Origin: a virus | DNA length: 31,133 nucleotides | IMG/VR virus record: IMGVR_UViG_3300045988_138131 | Strand: one strand, 5' to 3' | Part shown: piece after piece, positions 30,813 to 31,133 of the stretch | Layout: each line of letters opens with the position of its first letter | Numbering within the stretch: position 1 is the first letter of the stretch | The notes under the pieces: model-generated | What the model was told of the DNA's origin: nothing | Database searches by the model: none | The model's input: the letters and a program-made list of their open reading frames with translations, nothing else | Made by a program: the position numbers and the translations under genes

Positions 30813-31091
30813 TTAATCAAATATACCTTTTTTATATTCAACAAAATTATTAGTTATTAGATCTTCAAAATAATTTCCTTGAACTTCCATAAATGGACTC
30901 TCTCCGTATGGTGTTATAAGTTTAATTTCTCTAGTTTTTCGGCTTATAAGTATTGCTAAAAATCTATCTATTGGTTTTGTATAAAATTTATCTGGGAAAA
31001 CAGCAAACGAGAAACCATATTTTACATAATCTTTTTTAAATTCTTCCCATTTTTTTTTTTTATAAAAGCTTTCATTTAACCACCTCAACAC
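30813..31091 (-). CDS. Hypothetical early protein (spans the contig junction region)
   Basis: 92-aa ORF. Its start (31091, equivalent to position 43) overlaps the ASCH gene stop (24, equivalent to 31072) by 20 nt in the circular map. Confidence 0.5.
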   Translation of the reverse strand: MLRWLNESFYKKKKWEEFKKDYVKYGFSFAVFPDKFYTKPIDRFLAILISRKTREIKLITPYGESPFMEVQGNYFEDLITNNFVEYKKGIFD

Positions 31092-31133
31092 TTAATATTT
31101 TTAAAACATAATATAGTTGACCTGGTATTGCTC
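31049..31133. repeat. Terminal overlap, copy 2 (identical to 1-85)
   Basis: Direct comparison of both contig ends. Confidence 0.95.

Larger units (their letters stand above)
1..31133. mobile_element. Complete temperate siphovirus-type phage genome (circularly closed contig, unique length 31,048 bp)
   Basis: Full module set is present: lysogeny switch plus serine integrase on +; early genes, HNH/TerS/TerL/portal/protease/capsid, tail, DGR and lysis on -. Contig ends overlap by 85 identical bases. Confidence 0.9.

Noticed and set aside
1-31133. tRNA, rRNA or tmRNA genes
   Set aside because: I checked the few G+C-rich islands (6455-6485, 13311-13400, 27971-28075). None shows a cloverleaf arrangement or conserved T-loop/D-loop boxes.

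Overview
The window is a complete, circularly closed genome of a temperate siphovirus-type phage with an HK97-fold capsid. It is AT-rich and Firmicutes/Clostridia-like in gene content. Bases 1-85 repeat at 31049-31133, so the unique length is 31,048 bp. The + strand carries only the lysogeny module: a CI-like repressor, a moron ORF and a large serine integrase. Everything else is on the - strand as one long transcriptional direction that wraps through the contig junction. That direction runs from a Cro-like gene through early genes (SpoVG homologue, Gp49-like, HNH homing endonuclease, minimal tyrosine recombinase, ASCH protein, small zinc-ribbon proteins) to a sigma/ArpU-like regulator. It continues with HNH, candidate cos, TerS, TerL, portal, protease and capsid, then connectors, tail tube, the G/GT chaperone, tape measure, Dit, a Gp37-like protein and fibre proteins, and ends with the lysis cassette. 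The main item is a diversity-generating retroelement (DGR) on the distal tail-fibre gene. VR (13414-13514) and one template repeat (12388-12488) differ at 9 positions, all adenines of the template. The RT (11016-12080) carries IGxxxSQ and YMDD motifs. Instead of a single TR, the 1.1 kb between target and RT holds seven tandem TR-like cassettes. Each has a core of exactly 101 bp, is stop-free in the VR frame, and is bounded by the same invariant ends as VR. The cassettes show a three-unit higher-order periodicity and a frame-independent conserved leader motif, and no avd gene is visible. I read this as a possible multi-template DGR or silent-cassette archive. Secondary observations include LysM-like repeats and a large insertion inside the integrase, a candidate attP, a candidate antisense sRNA, iteron-like repeats, a terminator inside the late-operon leader next to phased repeats, and two unannotated micro-ORFs.
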